Below, one piece after another: positions 10,983 to 23,734 of a stretch of 64,000 nucleotides of DNA (positions within the stretch are counted from its first letter, which is position 1; the number at the start of each line of letters is the position of its first letter). The stretch is from Squalus acanthias (Eukaryota): the NCBI GenBank assembly GCA_030390025.1, contig JASTWF010000048.1, positions 2,108,001 to 2,172,000 on the forward strand. Direction: 5' to 3'. Under the pieces are notes generated by a model. The model was not told the origin of the DNA, searched no databases, and was given only the letters and a program-made list of their open reading frames with translations. Position numbers and translations under genes: made by a program.

Positions 10983-12370
10983 GATCCTGGACAGGGGGGT
11001 CTGAGACCAGAACCCCCATGGCCAACATGCTGCCCAGTGACCGGAGTTATGAGACTGCTGTGTGCAAGGACGGAACTGGTGGGTGTAACCCGGAACCACC
11101 TTTATGATTCAAAAGATAACACTGAATATACAATGTCCGTCCCTTCCTGTTTGATTGACAGCCCTGTTCCTCCCAATTATATTGACAACCCAGCTCCGCC
11201 CCCATTGGTGGGTAACCCGGCACCTCCCTCTCTGATTGTAGGTAATAGAGCAGATGGGAACAGGGAGTTGGAAAGGGGAAATGGACAGATTAAGTGAGTG
11301 CGCAAACCTGTGGAAGTTTAAATTTTATGTGGGCAAGTGTGAGGTCATGCACTTTGGCCCTAAGAAAGAAAGGTGTCCAGGTACACAAATCACTAAACGC
11401 CAGTAGACAGGTGCAAAAATGAATCAAAAAGGACAATGGAATGCTGCCCTTCATCTGAAGGAGTCTGGAATACAAAGCGAGTAAGTTGTGCTCCTGTCAT
11501 ATAGAGCCTTGGTCAGACACCATCTGGAGTACTGAGATCAGTCTGGGCATCGCAACTCAGGAAGGATGTGTTAGACTTAGAGGGAATCGAGCACAGATTC
11601 ACCAGACTGATACCGGGGCTTAGATGGTTAAATTGTAAGGGCAAGCTGAGGATCAATTGGAGCTTTCAAGACTGTGATTGACCGATATTTGTTGGGTAAG
11701 GGTATCGAGGTATATGGAGCAAAGTTGATTAGTTGGAGTTGAGACACACATCAGCCATGATCTTATTGAATGGCATATCAGGCTCGAGTAGTTACACGGC
11801 CTTCTCCTGTCGCTGTTTAACAGGGTCGATGGCCAAATTGCCACTTCCTGCTCCTATGTAACAGGCTAGAGGGATGTATGACCTCTTCCTGCTCCTGTGT
11901 AACAGGCGCAACGGAATTGAATGACCTCCTCTTAATCCTTTCTTCCTGCCAAAACATTTTCAATAAACAGCGTATTTCATGCTCCTGGAGCGCCATCTGC
12001 TGTCCCTGTGGAGAAAGAAAACATTGTGTCAGTGTAAAAAAGCAAGCAGTCTTATAATTTTATTTTCTTATTTTTATCTCTCTATCCTTCTTTCTGCCAT
12101 TCTTTTGGTCTTTCTTTCGTTCTCTCCTTCTTTCCTTCCTTGTTTTTTTTCTTGATATCTTTTGCTTGTTTCTCTCTATCCAACTTTCATTCTATCATTC
12201 TCCACTACATCTAACTTAATCTTTCTTTGCACCTTCTCCGGTGCCTTTATATCTAATCTATCACTTTTCTTCGAACGCGTGTCAAAAACACGTTCGCTCT
12301 GCGAAACAAAACACAGCGGAAGGAAGCAACGCGCTGTGTTAGCGTATACAGGTGTCTCTTGCCTCGTTGG

Positions 12371-12409
12371 GGTTTTTGTTCAGCTCCTCCATCTCTCTGA
12401 GTCACTGTG
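12371..12409 (-). other. 23-RSS of B1
   Basis: CACAGTG-23-ACAAAAACC. Confidence 0.95.
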
Positions 12410-12762
12410 CAGACTCCAGGCGCAGTAATACACGGCCGAGTGATTCGCCCGCAGGCTGGAGCACTTCAGGTTGAACTCGTTGTCATTCGGTCGCTCGGCG
12501 CTAAAACCGTCCACCGCCCCCTCTGGGTCGACCATATTTGTACCAAAGGAGTAAAACACCAATTGCGGCTCCTTCCCCAGGTATTGTCTATACCAGGACA
12601 TTCGATTGCTACTGTCCCCCTCCGCATCGCACTTCAGTTCCACTCCAACCCCGGGAATGTTGGAGACAGCGTCCGGAGTCTGGAGGATATTCTGCGAGTT
12701 CACGGCTGGGAAAGAGACGGGAAGAGAGGAATTCAGTAAACGGTGATATTCGGGGTTATGGA

Positions 12763-12852
<90 letters not shown>

Positions 12853-12953
12853 ATTAAAGGAAGAAAACGTAAAGGAACATTATTAATAAGATTTATTGTT
12901 TGAAAAAGTCACTTACTGTGAAACAAGATCATCAGACCCAGTAACAGATACAT
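12410..12953 (-). CDS. TRBV: TCR V segment, family B (B1, TRBV30-like), apparently functional
   Basis: Leader 12917..12953 (MYLLLGLMILFH). V exon 12410..12705 SQNILQTP..C..WYRQ..YYCAWS. Consensus 23-RSS. Confidence 0.9.
12765..12852 (+). repeat. (GAAA)n microsatellite in the B1 intron (similar at 56380..56460)
   Basis: Perfect tetranucleotide run. Confidence 0.95.
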
Positions 12954-13590
12954 CTTTCAATTGAAGATTTTCTCTTAATAAGGAAAAGAGCGAGAACAGG
13001 AGAGTTGCGTCTTGAGAGAAGCCAACCCGCTCTTTTCAAATCATTGTGGTAAACATGAAGAGCGTGAGGAATGATGCAGGGTTGGACACGCCCCCTTCCT
13101 CTATCGAACCAACCAGAGTCGACGTGGTTGCTAATTACCAATGACTGACTGGACATTATGCCTTTCACATTCCCAGCAATGGTGTCCATTGCTCATTGAT
13201 TATTTCCTAATCAAAAATGCATTTCTGCACATCTGGATCCCAAGTTAGCCACATGTGACTAGTGGCTAACACATGGACAACACTGGTCGAAAGCAAAGCC
13301 ATTAGATAACAAGACGGTGCAACAATATTCGGATCACACGGGCTGTTCATCACTTCAAACGCACGGCTGGGCTCCTGGTTGGACCGTATGACGATCAGGA
13401 GGATTCAAAGAATCGCCTTGACTGGTGAACCTGCAAACGGCCCCAATGTATTCAGACTGCAGTGAACGCGTTCCACATCAGAGATAACTTTGGATGAGCT
13501 GGAACATGAATGGCCACCTTTGTGTGTGTGTTGTGTGTGTGTGTGTGTGTGCCTCGCTCTCTCTCTCTGTCTCTCCATCTATCACTCTTT

Positions 13591-14660
13591 CTGTCTTCTG
13601 AGGATCGCCAACACCTCGAAGCAAAACAGGAATGAATCGCAAAGACAGACATTTATTTCCCCAGAAATAAGTCACACTGACCTGTTTAATTATTAGCTGT
13701 TCCGTGACTGCTATTCCTCTGTCTCTCAGTCGCTTATTTTTGATTTTAATCGATTTAGTCCATATATTTTCACTTAAGTCTAATTCAGGTGATTACAGGC
13801 GTGGATACCGTAGATAGAGAGAATCAATTCCTTCTGGTGGGGAGAGTCCAGAACAAGGGAGCTAAATCTTAAAATTAGAGCCAGGCCATTCAGGGGTGAT
13901 GTCAGGGAGCACTTCTTCACAAAAAGGGTAGTGGAAAACTGGAACTCTCTCCCAATTAAAGATTGATAGTTTTTTGTTGGTAAGGGTATTATGGGTTATG
14001 GAACCAAGGCAAGTAAATGGACTTGAGATACAGACCAGACATGATCTAATTGGATGGCGGAACCGGTTCGAGGGGCTGAGCGGCCTCCTCCTCTGCTCTC
14101 AACAGACACATGCGATCTGCGACCTGCTGGCATTTAATCGATACGTCAAGAACAGCATAATCTCCTAAACCCTCAGGCACTTGTGGTTATTTGAGAGCCA
14201 GTTGTTTTAGTGGAGCTCTCCATGTAAAAGGGAAAATTCTCAGGATTTGACGTGGGAAAGGTCACCCACTTTTTCCAACAAAACCGTAATAATCCTGTTA
14301 TCTATATGTCCATTCCGCCTCCATTAACACAATGTATCTCCTTTATTTTTCACTAAAATTACACAGGCTATTTGCTCCAACGATCCTTTTTTATTTTCTT
14401 TCTTTCTGTCTTTCTTTCGCTCTTTCTTTCTTTCTCTCAATCTTTCTTACTCTCTTTCTGCCTTTCTATCTTTCTTTATTCTTTCCTTCTTTCTTTCTTT
14501 CTTTCTTTCTTTCCTTCCTTCCTTCTTTCTTTCCTTCTTTATCTCTCTTTCTATTGAACACTTGGTTTGTATAGTCTGTAATACATTTCTGCTCCAAACT
14601 TAAAACCTTACCCGCTAACAGGAACAGCAGAAACGTGTAAGACAGGAGCCAAGTCCGCAT
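13591..14660 (-). pseudogene. Family C relic (C3): intact leader plus ~24-nt V stub
   Basis: Leader 14612..14660 (MRTWLLSYTFLLFLLAG). Acceptor and GVGDPQKT stub at 13591..13614, then microsatellite. Confidence 0.75.
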
Positions 14661-15788
14661 GGTCCGGGACAGGGTGTCTGAGACCGGGCCCTCCATGGCC
14701 AACATGCTACCCAGTGACCGGAGTTATGAGACTGCTGTGTGCAAGGACGGAACTGATGGCTGTAACCCGGAAACAACTTTATGATTCAAAAGATAACACG
14801 GAATATACAATATCCCGTCCCTTCCTGTATGATTGACAGCCCTGTTCCTCCCACCCATATTGACAATCCAGCTCCGCCCCCTCTGGTGGGCAACCCGGCC
14901 CCTCCCTCTCTGATTGTAGGTAAGTAGAGCAGATAGGAACAGGGAGTTGGAAACGGGACATGGACAGATTAAGTGAGTCGACAAACCTGTGGAAGATGAA
15001 GTTTAATGTGGGCAAGTGTGAGGTCATGCAATTTGGCCTTAAGAAAGAAAGGTGTCCAGGTGCACAAATCACTAAACGCCAGTAGACAGGTAGAAAAAGG
15101 AATCAAAAAGGCTAATGGAATCCTGTCCTATATCTGAAGGAGTCTGGAATACAATGCGAGCAAGTTATGCTCCTGTCATACAGAGCCTTGGTCAGACACC
15201 ATTTGGTGTACTGCGTTAAGTCTGGTCACCGCACCTCAGGATGGATGAATTAACTCAGAGGGAATCTAGCACAGATTCACCAGACTGATACCCGGTCTTA
15301 GATGGTTAAATTGTAAGGGCATGCTGAGGATCAATTGGAGCTTTCAAGACTGAGATTGATCGATATTTTGGGTAAGGGTATCGAGAAATAAGGAGCGAAG
15401 ATGTATAGATGTAGTTGAGACACACATCAGCCATTATCCCATTGAATAGCAGATCAGGCTCGAGGGGCTGAATGGCCTCCTCTTGTTCCTATGTAACAAC
15501 TTGAGCAGTTACACGGCCTACTCCTGTAGCTGTGTAACAGGTTCAATGGCCAAATTGCCAATTCCTGCTCCTATGTAGCAGGCTAGAGGGACGGATGTGC
15601 TCTTCCTGTTCCTGTGTAACAGGCACAAGGGGATTGAATGGCCTCCTCATGTTCCTGTGTAACTGGTTCGATGGCCAAACAGACTATTCCTGTTCCTATG
15701 TAATAGGCTCAAGTGTAATGAATGGCCTCCTCTTATTCCTATGAACCTATCAAAACATATTCAAACAAAAGTGTGGTTCATGGTCCTA

Positions 15789-15806
15789 GAGCGCCCTCTG
15801 CTGTCC
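15789..15806 (-). promoter_or_regulatory. CTCF-like motif downstream of family B RSS (also 11988, 17877, 23327, 31290, 41719, 49137, 55356, 60266; degenerate at 1147, 39445, 51252, 57259, 59582)
   Basis: Minus strand GGACAGCAGAGGGCGCTC, matching the CTCF core CCASYAGRKGGCRS at most positions. Confidence 0.65.
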
Positions 15807-16166
15807 TGTGGAGAATGAAAACACAGTCAGTGTGTAAAATCCACCGGTCTTCTACTTTATTTCCTTTTTTCTATCTTTCTAATCTTCTTTCTGCCATTCT
15901 TTCTGTCTTTCATTCGTTCTGTCTTTCTTTCCTTCCTTTTTTTTTCTTGATATCTATTTCTTTTGTTATACCTATCTAAATTTCATTCTATCATTCTCCA
16001 CTACAGCTAAATTAATGTTTCTTTGCACCTTCTCCGGTGCCTTTATATCTAATCTCTTACTTTTCTTCTAACGCGTGTCAAAAACACGTTCGCTCTGTAA
16101 AACAAAACACAGCGGGAGGAAGCAACGCGCGGTTTTAGCTTATGCAGGTGTCTCCTGCCGCTTTGG

Positions 16167-16205
16167 GGTTTTTGTTCAGCTCCTCCATCTCTCTGAGTCA
16201 CTGTG
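16167..16205 (-). other. 23-RSS of B2
   Basis: CACAGTG-23-ACAAAAACC. Confidence 0.95.
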
Positions 16206-16718
16206 CAGACTCCAGGCGCAGTAATACACGGCCGAATGATTCGCCCGCAGGGTGGAGGATTTCAGGTTGAACTCGTCATCTGTTGGTCGCTCGGCGGTAA
16301 AACCGTCCTCCGTCCCCTCTGCATTTACACTTTGTTCAACTAGGGAGTAAAAAATCAACTGCGGCTCCTTCCCCGGGTATTGTCTGTACCAGAACATGCG
16401 AGGGTTACTGGTGCCCTTCACAGAGCATTTCAGTTCCACTCCATTCCCGAGAACTCTGGAGACAGCGGCGGGAGTCTGGCGAATAGTTTTCGAGTTCACG
16501 TCTGGGAAAGAGACAGGGAGAGAGGAGGATGTCAGTAAATTGGAACTTTCGGGGGAATGCAGCTGGAATGAAATGAAGTATGGAAACAGAGCAAGAAAGA
16601 AAGAAAGAAGGACAGAGAGAAAGACAGCAAGTAAGAAACAATGGTTGTTAACTAAAATTATTGTGTGAAAAAATCACTTACATTGAAATAATATCACGAG
16701 AACCAGTAACAGATACAT
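16206..16718 (-). CDS. TRBV: TCR V segment, family B (B2), apparently functional
   Basis: Leader 16682..16718. V exon 16206..16501 (CSVKGTSNPRMFWYRQYPG..YYCAWS). Consensus 23-RSS. Confidence 0.9.
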
Positions 16719-16830
16719 CTTTTACATTAAGCTATATTTTAATAAGGAAATCAGCGAAAACAAGAGCGTGGAGTATTGTGAGGATCGAACACGGTCTTTT
16801 GAAATCACTGAGGAAAACTAGAAAAGTGTG

Positions 16831-16843
16831 AGGAAGTGATGCA
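16831..16843 (+). promoter_or_regulatory. Family B V promoter ETS+CRE-like element (also 17, 24579, 40588, 50238, 54577)
   Basis: AGGAAGTGATGCA ~105-115 bp upstream of the leader ATG, followed distally by GC-box and CCAAT sequences. Confidence 0.55.
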
Positions 16844-17984
16844 GGTCCCCCTACCCATCTCGGACTGAAAACACCGCTTCTCCACTCCCAGGCTGTTTCA
16901 CAGTCCCGCCCCTCCCACGCTGATTGACATCCAGACCCTCCCTCTCCGAATGGCAATAAGTAGATCAGATGGGAGCAACAAGTTGCAAAGCAGAACTAAC
17001 CAGATTATGTGAATGAGAAAATCATTGGCAGGTGGAGTTTAATGTGGGCAAGTATGAGGTTAACCACGGTGGGCCTAAGGAAGAAAGATGAGAGTATTTT
17101 GTAACTGAGGAGAAACTCGGAAGAGTGAAGGAGCAAAGTTAATTGGTTGTTTAGGTATACAAATCACTAAAGGCAAAGATAGAGGTGCAAAAAGGAATCA
17201 AACAGCTGAATGCAATGTTGGCCTTTATGTCAAGGTTCGCTGGAATTCAAAAGGGAGGAAGTTATGATTCGGTTGTACAGAACCCCGGTCAGACTCTGGA
17301 ACACTACTATCAGTTCTGGTAACCGCAACTCTGAAAGGATACATTGACCTTGGAAGGAGAGCAGCAACGATTCACCAGAACGATACCGGGGCTTAGAGGG
17401 TTAAATTGTGGGGGCAGGTTGCAAGACTAGACTTGTATTTCCTTCAGTATGGAAGATTGAGGGATGAACGGAATTCGCTTTGTTTAATGCTAAAAGATTA
17501 TAGGATGGATGGAAACTATTTCCTATCGTGGGGGAGTCCAGAACAACGAGGCTTGACTTCACAATTAGTGCTTGGATTTCAGGGGTGAGATTAGGAAGCA
17601 ATTCTTCATATAATGGGTAGTAGAAATCTTAACTCTCTCCCACAAAAGGCTGTGGATGCTGGGGGTCAATCGAAGATTTCAAGACTGAGATAAATAGATT
17701 TCAGTCGGGTTGGGGTGTGGCGGGATATGGAGTAAAGGCAGGTAGATGGAGTTAAGATACAGCTCAGTTATAATCTAGTTGAGCGGTGGAGCGGGCTCGA
17801 AGGGCTGAATCGTCTCCTCCTGTTCCTGCGTTCCTATTGAACCGTGTTCCAGGCATTGGTGTGTTTCCTGGTCCTAGAGCGCCCTCTGCAGCCCGACTCT
17901 TCTCTACCTCTAAATTACCGGAACCCTTTCATAATTTTAAAAACCTCTGTCAGGTCACTCCACAGTCTTTATCTTTCCCGAGAA

Positions 17985-18425
17985 AGGAGCTTCCCCCAGG
18001 TATTGTGTGTACCAGAGTTTCTTAGGGTTACTGATAGTCTTCACAGCGCACCTCAGTTCCACATGATCCCGAGCTAATTTGGAGACTGTGGCGGGAGTCT
18101 GGCGAATACTCTGCGAGTTCACGTCTGGGAAAGAGACGGGGAGAGGAGGAGGTGGGTAAAAAGGGACATCCGGGCAATGGGGAATGGGAGAACGAGAGAA
18201 AGANNNNNNNNNNNNNNNNNNNNNNNNNNNNNNNNNNNNNNNNNNNNNNNNNNNNNNNNNNNNNNNNNNNNNNNNNNNNNNNNNNNNNNNNNNNNNNNNN
18301 NNNNNNNNNNNNNNNNNNNNNNNNNNNNNNNNNNNNNNNNNNNNNNNNNNNNNNNNNNNNNNNNNNNNNNTTATTGTTTGAAAAACTTCCTTACGGTGAA
18401 ACAAGATTATCAGTGACAGATGCGT
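17985..18425 (-). pseudogene. 3'-truncated family B V pseudogene (B3)
   Basis: V exon runs from 18124 to WYTQYLGEAP, then CR1 sequence. Leader ATG changed to ACG, with a deletion. No RSS. Confidence 0.8.
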
Positions 18426-19235
18426 CTTTTATTTTAATGTTTGCGTTTAATAAGGGACGGGGCGAGAACAGGAGCCTGGAGTTTTGTAAGGAGGCAACCC
18501 GCACTTCTCAAATCATTGCGGTAAACATGAAGAATATGAGCAAGCAATAGAGAGAAGGACAAGCCCACTTTCTGCAGTTCAACCAATCGGAATCGACGTG
18601 TTTGCTGATGTTTCTCACTTTCTATCTCGCTCTCTTAATCTCTCTCTCTGTCTCTCTCTGTTCCCTTTCATCTCTTTCTCTGTCCGTACTTCTCTCGCTC
18701 TCTGGATATCTCTCTCCATCTGACAGTGTGTGTGTCTCTCTCTATGTCTCTCACTCTCTGCATGGGTATCTCTCTGTCTCTCTCCCTGTCTCTCTCTCTC
18801 TCTCTCTGCCTCTCTCTCTCCCTCTGTCTCACCCTGTATCACTTTCTATCTCCCTCACTCACCCTCTATGTCTCTCACTCTGTCTCTTTTAAACAAACTG
18901 CGTTGAAAGGTAAACGTGCGCTGAACGGAGCTGATCTCCAGACTCAGACAGTGGAGGAGTGAGAGGTACGGGGTCCCATAGCCACGCTCTTCCATTCCCC
19001 TCCGCTCCTCTGAATCTTCCACAAATGCACGGATTGTTTACTTGTTGCGGGGGGTGGGGGGATGACGTATGACGTCGGACTACACGCCTCACCATCTTGT
19101 CCCCAGTTATTTAATGCGGGGAGAGTAGAGGAGGAAATAGGGGATGCGAGGGGAGGGAGAGGAAGGAGTAGGGGAGCAGAGAGGAGAGGAGGGGATGGAG
19201 TGAAGGAGAAAGGATGCACTGAACTAATATGTAGT

Positions 19236-19253
19236 ACTGCCACCTGGTGGCGG
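19236..19253 (-). promoter_or_regulatory. CTCF-like motif next to family A RSS (also 5701..5718, 26064..26081, 34315..34332, 44885..44902)
   Basis: Minus strand CCGCCACCAGGTGGCAG, 31-34 bp beyond the nonamer in all five family A genes. Confidence 0.7.
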
Positions 19254-19284
19254 AAAAGCACTGAACTCCCATTCATCCGCTGCA

Positions 19285-19323
19285 GGTTTTTGTAGCTGGG
19301 GAGCCGCTTTCTCAAACGCTGTG
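19285..19323 (-). other. 23-RSS of A2
   Basis: CACAGCG-23-ACAAAAACC. Confidence 0.93.
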
Positions 19324-20235
19324 CGATACTACAAGCACAGTAATAGGCAGCGGTGTGAGACGGAGAGGCGGCGCTCAGTTCCAAAGTAAACAGTGCAGTG
19401 CTGCTTCTTTCTGCCTTAAAAGACTCGGCCGTGTAGTTCGTAACAGCACCTGCTCCAACAGAAGAGAAAAGAGCTTCTAATGCCCGGTCGGGTTGTTGTC
19501 TGTACCAGAGCATAAAGCTATAGCCAGTATTCGTCAGCTTGCATCTGAGCTTGGTCGACTCTCCTGTTCCAATCGATAGGACAGAAGGCGACTGCTCCAC
19601 GTAGGAGGCGAGTATTCCTGTCGAACGCAACATTGATTAGTTTCTTCTTTATATCAATAATTGGCTAGAGCGCGGACTACAGAGAAAAATAAATTCCATT
19701 TATAAAGCGCCATTCACGACTTCAGAAACTCACAAACACTTTACAACCAACGAAGTACTTATTAAAGTGTAGTCATTGTTGTAATGAAAGAAAGGAGAAA
19801 GACAATTAGAGCACAGCAAGCTCCCACATACTGCATTGAAATAAATGACCAGTGCATCTGTTTTTTGGTGCTTGTTGTGGTTTTAATGTTGGCCTAAATC
19901 ACCGGCGAGAACTTCGCTGCTCTTCTTCCAATAGTGCCCTGGGAACATTTACGTCCACCTGATTGGGCAGCTCGCATTAACGCCCTATCCGAAAGATAGC
20001 ATCTCCGAAAGTGCAGCACTCCCTCAGTGCTGGTCTCGGGAGTGTCAGCATAGATTTTGTGCTCAAGTCTCAGGAGTAAGACTCAAACCCCAAACCTCTG
20101 GTTCAGAGGCAAGATTCCTACCAGCTGAACAACAGCTGACGTTATAATACTGTATTCTACAAAGTAAGTTTGTTACTTTGACTTACGTGGGATCAGTGCC
20201 ACCATCAACGTTAGATAATGAGCTTCATGAAACAT
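19324..20235 (-). CDS. TRBV: TCR V segment, family A (A2), apparently functional
   Basis: Leader 20187..20235 (MFHEAHYLTLMVALIP). V exon 19324..19617 YVEQSP..C..WYRQQP..YYCACS. 23-RSS. Confidence 0.9.
19695..20140 (-). mobile_element. tRNA-headed Deu-SINE (SacSINE1-like) in family A introns (copies ~6162..6933, 26527..26973, 34777..35222, 45346..45796)
   Basis: Minus strand begins GTCAGCTGTTGTTCAGCTGGTAG with a B-box-like GTTCGAGTC (variant in some copies), followed by a Deu-like GAGGGAGTGCTGCACT..GGAGGTG..TTTC core. Confidence 0.65.
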
Positions 20236-20550
20236 GATGTATTCATTTGACACTGGCTCGCTGTGTGATCGGGTGTAGCTCAATACCACGTTTAAAGGCC
20301 GTTTGTCTATTGGATCTGGTTACAGACGAAGCATCCGGTTGTACTGGTCACTCTTACGTCACTTCCTGCGTAACCCACTCTCCATCCCATTCCTTCGGTA
20401 GTTCAGCAACTTCACAGAACCGTACAGCACAGAAGGTTAAGGAGAGAACTGATAGATGTGTTCAAAATTGCGAATGGTTTTGATAGATTGATAGGGGGAA
20501 GCCATAGTCACTGGCATGGCAGTCGTTAACTAAAGCACACAGACTTAAGA

Positions 20551-21420
20551 TAAGAACATAATAAATAAGAGCAGTTGTAAGCCATACGGCCCCTCCAGCT
20601 TGCTCCGCCATTCAATAAGATCATGGATAATCATCGACCTAAACTCCACTTCCCCGCTTGGTCTCCATATCGCTTGATTCCCCCAGATTCCAAAAATCTA
20701 TATATCTTAGCCATGAATATACTCAAAGACTCAGCATATCACAGCCCTCTGTGTAGAAACTTCCAATGATTCACAACCATCTGAGTGAAGACATTCCTTC
20801 TCATCTGAGTCCTAAATGGCCTACCCCTTATGCTGAGACTATGCCCCCTTGTTCTAGACACTCCAGCCAGGGCAATCAACCTCTCAGCATCTACACTGTC
20901 AATTCCCTTCAGAATCTTGTATGTTTCAATGGGATCACCACTCATTCTTCTGAACTCCAGAGAGTATATGCCCATTCTACACAATCTCTCCTCATAGGAC
21001 AGCCCTCTCATCCCAGGAATCAATCTAGTGAACCTTCGTTGCACCGCTTCCAAGGCAAGTATATCCTTCCTTAGATAAGGAGACCAAAACTGTGCACAAT
21101 ACTCCAGATGTGGTCTCACCAAGGCCCTGTTGTATTGTAGCAAGACTTCCTTACTCTTATACTCCAAACCCTTTTCAATAAAGGCCTACATGCCATTTGT
21201 CTTCTTTATTGCTTGCTGTACCGGCATGCTAGCTTTCTGTGTTTCTTGCTCGAGGACAGTCAAATCTCTTCTGAACACCAACATTTGAAAGTTTCTCACC
21301 ATTTAAAGAGCATTCTGTTTTTCTATTCTTCCTACCAAAGTGAATAACCTTACATTTCCCTACATTATACACCATCTGCCACATTACTGCCCACTCACTT
21401 AGTCTATCTATATCCCTATA
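20551..21420 (-). mobile_element. CR1 LINE 3' fragment
   Basis: ORF 20739..21167 (LVRPHLEYCAQFWSPYLRKD) plus 3'UTR and tail. Confidence 0.85.
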
Positions 21421-23695
21421 ATTGGCAAAAGAACCAGCGGGGATATGAGGAAACATAAATTTTATTACACAGAGAGTCACAAATATAAGATAAATACTAA
21501 TAAATCTAACACAGAATTCTGGAGCAATATCTTCACCCAAATTGTGCTGATAATATAGAACTTGATATCACATGGAGTGGTTGAGGAAATAGCATAAATG
21601 CATTTAAGTGAAAGCCAAATCAGCGTGTGAGGGAGGAAGGAATAGAAGGATATGTTGATGGGCGTAATCGAAGAGGGTTGGGATGAAGCCGGTGGGGTCT
21701 CGTTGGGTAGGTCTTTCAAAGAGGCGGCACAGACTCGATGGGCCGAATGGCCTCCTTCTGGTGTTTCTATAAGGCACGCAACATTGTTGGGACAAAATGT
21801 TCTCCTGTTTCAGGCAGTGCAGGTTTCAGTACCTATGTGCGAAACGCGAATTCAAGGGTTAAATTTTTGCTGGGCTGAATACGCAGATTCTTTGAAAAAC
21901 ACATCAAAAGGCACCTAGAGCCTGATAGAGAAGCGGCTAAACGGTTGTCAACAGATGCAGAAACCGCCGTCATGAGGCAGGTGGCCCGGTGACAAACGTA
22001 TCTGGAGACGCATCTCGCCTTCGCACATCATGAAACACATTTAAGCATTCTAAGATTAAAAATTTCCTATTTGCATGAGATAGTTTTTCTTAAACCAAAG
22101 AAGGTTAAGGGGAGAATTGATAGAGATGTTCAAAATCATGAAGGTTTTGATGGAGTAATTAAGGGGTATTTGTCTCCAGTGGCCGCAGGATCGTAACCAG
22201 AGGAGGCAGATAAAAGGTGATTGACAGAAGAGCCAGAGGGGGAGAGGGGGAGAATGTGTTTACTCTGCGAGTTGTTATGGTCTGGAATGCACCGTCTGAA
22301 AGGGCGGTGGAAGAAGGTTCAATAGTAACTTTCAAAAGTGAATTGGATAAAATCTTGAGGGGATCATTTGCAGGGCTATCGGGAAAGAGAAGGTGAGTGG
22401 GACTAATCGGACAGTTCTTTCAAAGAGCCGGCACAGTCACAATGGGACGAATGGACTCCATCTGTGCCCCATCTGTGGTGCATCATTCTAAGGTTCGATG
22501 ATAATTAGCGCATCTCTGGTCACTACCGCAATCCGACAAATCGGGGAGGGATCTGCACCCCCTCTGCTGAGGTGATCCTAGGAATTATTCAGAGGAATAA
22601 TCGGGAGGTCCGTGTGACTCCTTCCCATATTCCTCCGTCTGCTCTTTCAATTCTGGTATTAACCCATTGAACCTTCCGCCTCATCTACTTCTTATAATGT
22701 AGAGAATATCTTAAAGAAAAGTATATTCAAAACAGCAATACAGCATGTTTAATGAATAATAATCAATTCAGTTCATCTAAGGTGACAGAGAGCAAGAGNN
22801 NNNNNNNNNNNNNNNNNNNNNNNNNNNNNNNNNNNNNNNNNNNNNNNNNNNNNNNNNNNNNNNNNNNNNNNNNNNNNNNNNNNNNNNNNNNNNNNNNNNN
22901 NNNNNNNNNNNNNNNNNNNNNNNNNNNNNNNNNNNNNNNNNNNNNNNNNNNNNNNNNNNNNNNNNNNNNNNNNNNNNNNNNNNNNNNNNNNNNNNNAGGT
23001 ATCTAGGTAGATGGAGCAAAGATGATTAAATGGAATTGAGACACATATCAGCCATGATATCATTGAATGTCAGGTCAGGTTCGAGCAGCTCAATGGCCAT
23101 CTCTTGTTCCTATGTAACAGTCTCGAGTGGTTACACGGTCTTCTCCTGTGCCTGTGGAACAGGTTCGAAGGCCAAAGCGCCACTTCCTGCTCCTGTGTAA
23201 CAGGCTAGTTCGATGTATGAACTCTTCCTCTTTCTGTGTAACAGCCGGAAGTGGATTGAATGGCCTCCTCTTAATCCTGTCTTCGTGGCAAAATATAATC
23301 AATCAATTGAGTGTTTCGTAATTCTAGAGCGCCCTCTGCTGTCCATGTGGGGAAAGAAAACACTTTGTAACAGTGTAAAATCCACCAGTCTTTTTATTTT
23401 TTCCTTCTATCTATCTTTCTATCATTCTTTCTGCCATTCTTTCTGTCTTTCTTTCGTTCTCTCTTTCTTTCCTTCCTTGTTTCTTTCTGGTTATCTATTT
23501 ATTTTTTCTTTGACTCAATCATCCGCCATTACATCTAACTTAATATTTCTTCGCTCTATCTCCGGTGCCTTTATAATCAATCTCTCAATTTTCTTCTAAC
23601 GCTTGTCAAAAATACGTTAGCTCTGTAAAACAAAACACAACAGGACGAACCACCGCGCGGCTTTAGCTTATACGGGTGTTTCCTGCCGCCTTTGG

Positions 23696-23734
23696 GGTTT
23701 TTGTTGAGCTCCTCCATCTCTCTGAGTCACTGTG
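23696..23734 (-). other. 23-RSS of B4
   Basis: CACAGTG-23-ACAAAAACC. Confidence 0.95.

Noticed and set aside
14871-14891. CCACCAGAGGGGGCGG as a CTCF site upstream of the family C leader
   Set aside because: Mismatch in the GGC core, lies within GC-box repeats and is not conserved in paralogs. Family C downstream regions are hidden by N gaps.
15455-15740. Regularly spaced ~41-bp repeats resembling a CRISPR array
   Set aside because: Vertebrate DNA. Units are tandem degenerate copies of the CR1 3' stem-loop with no unique spacers.
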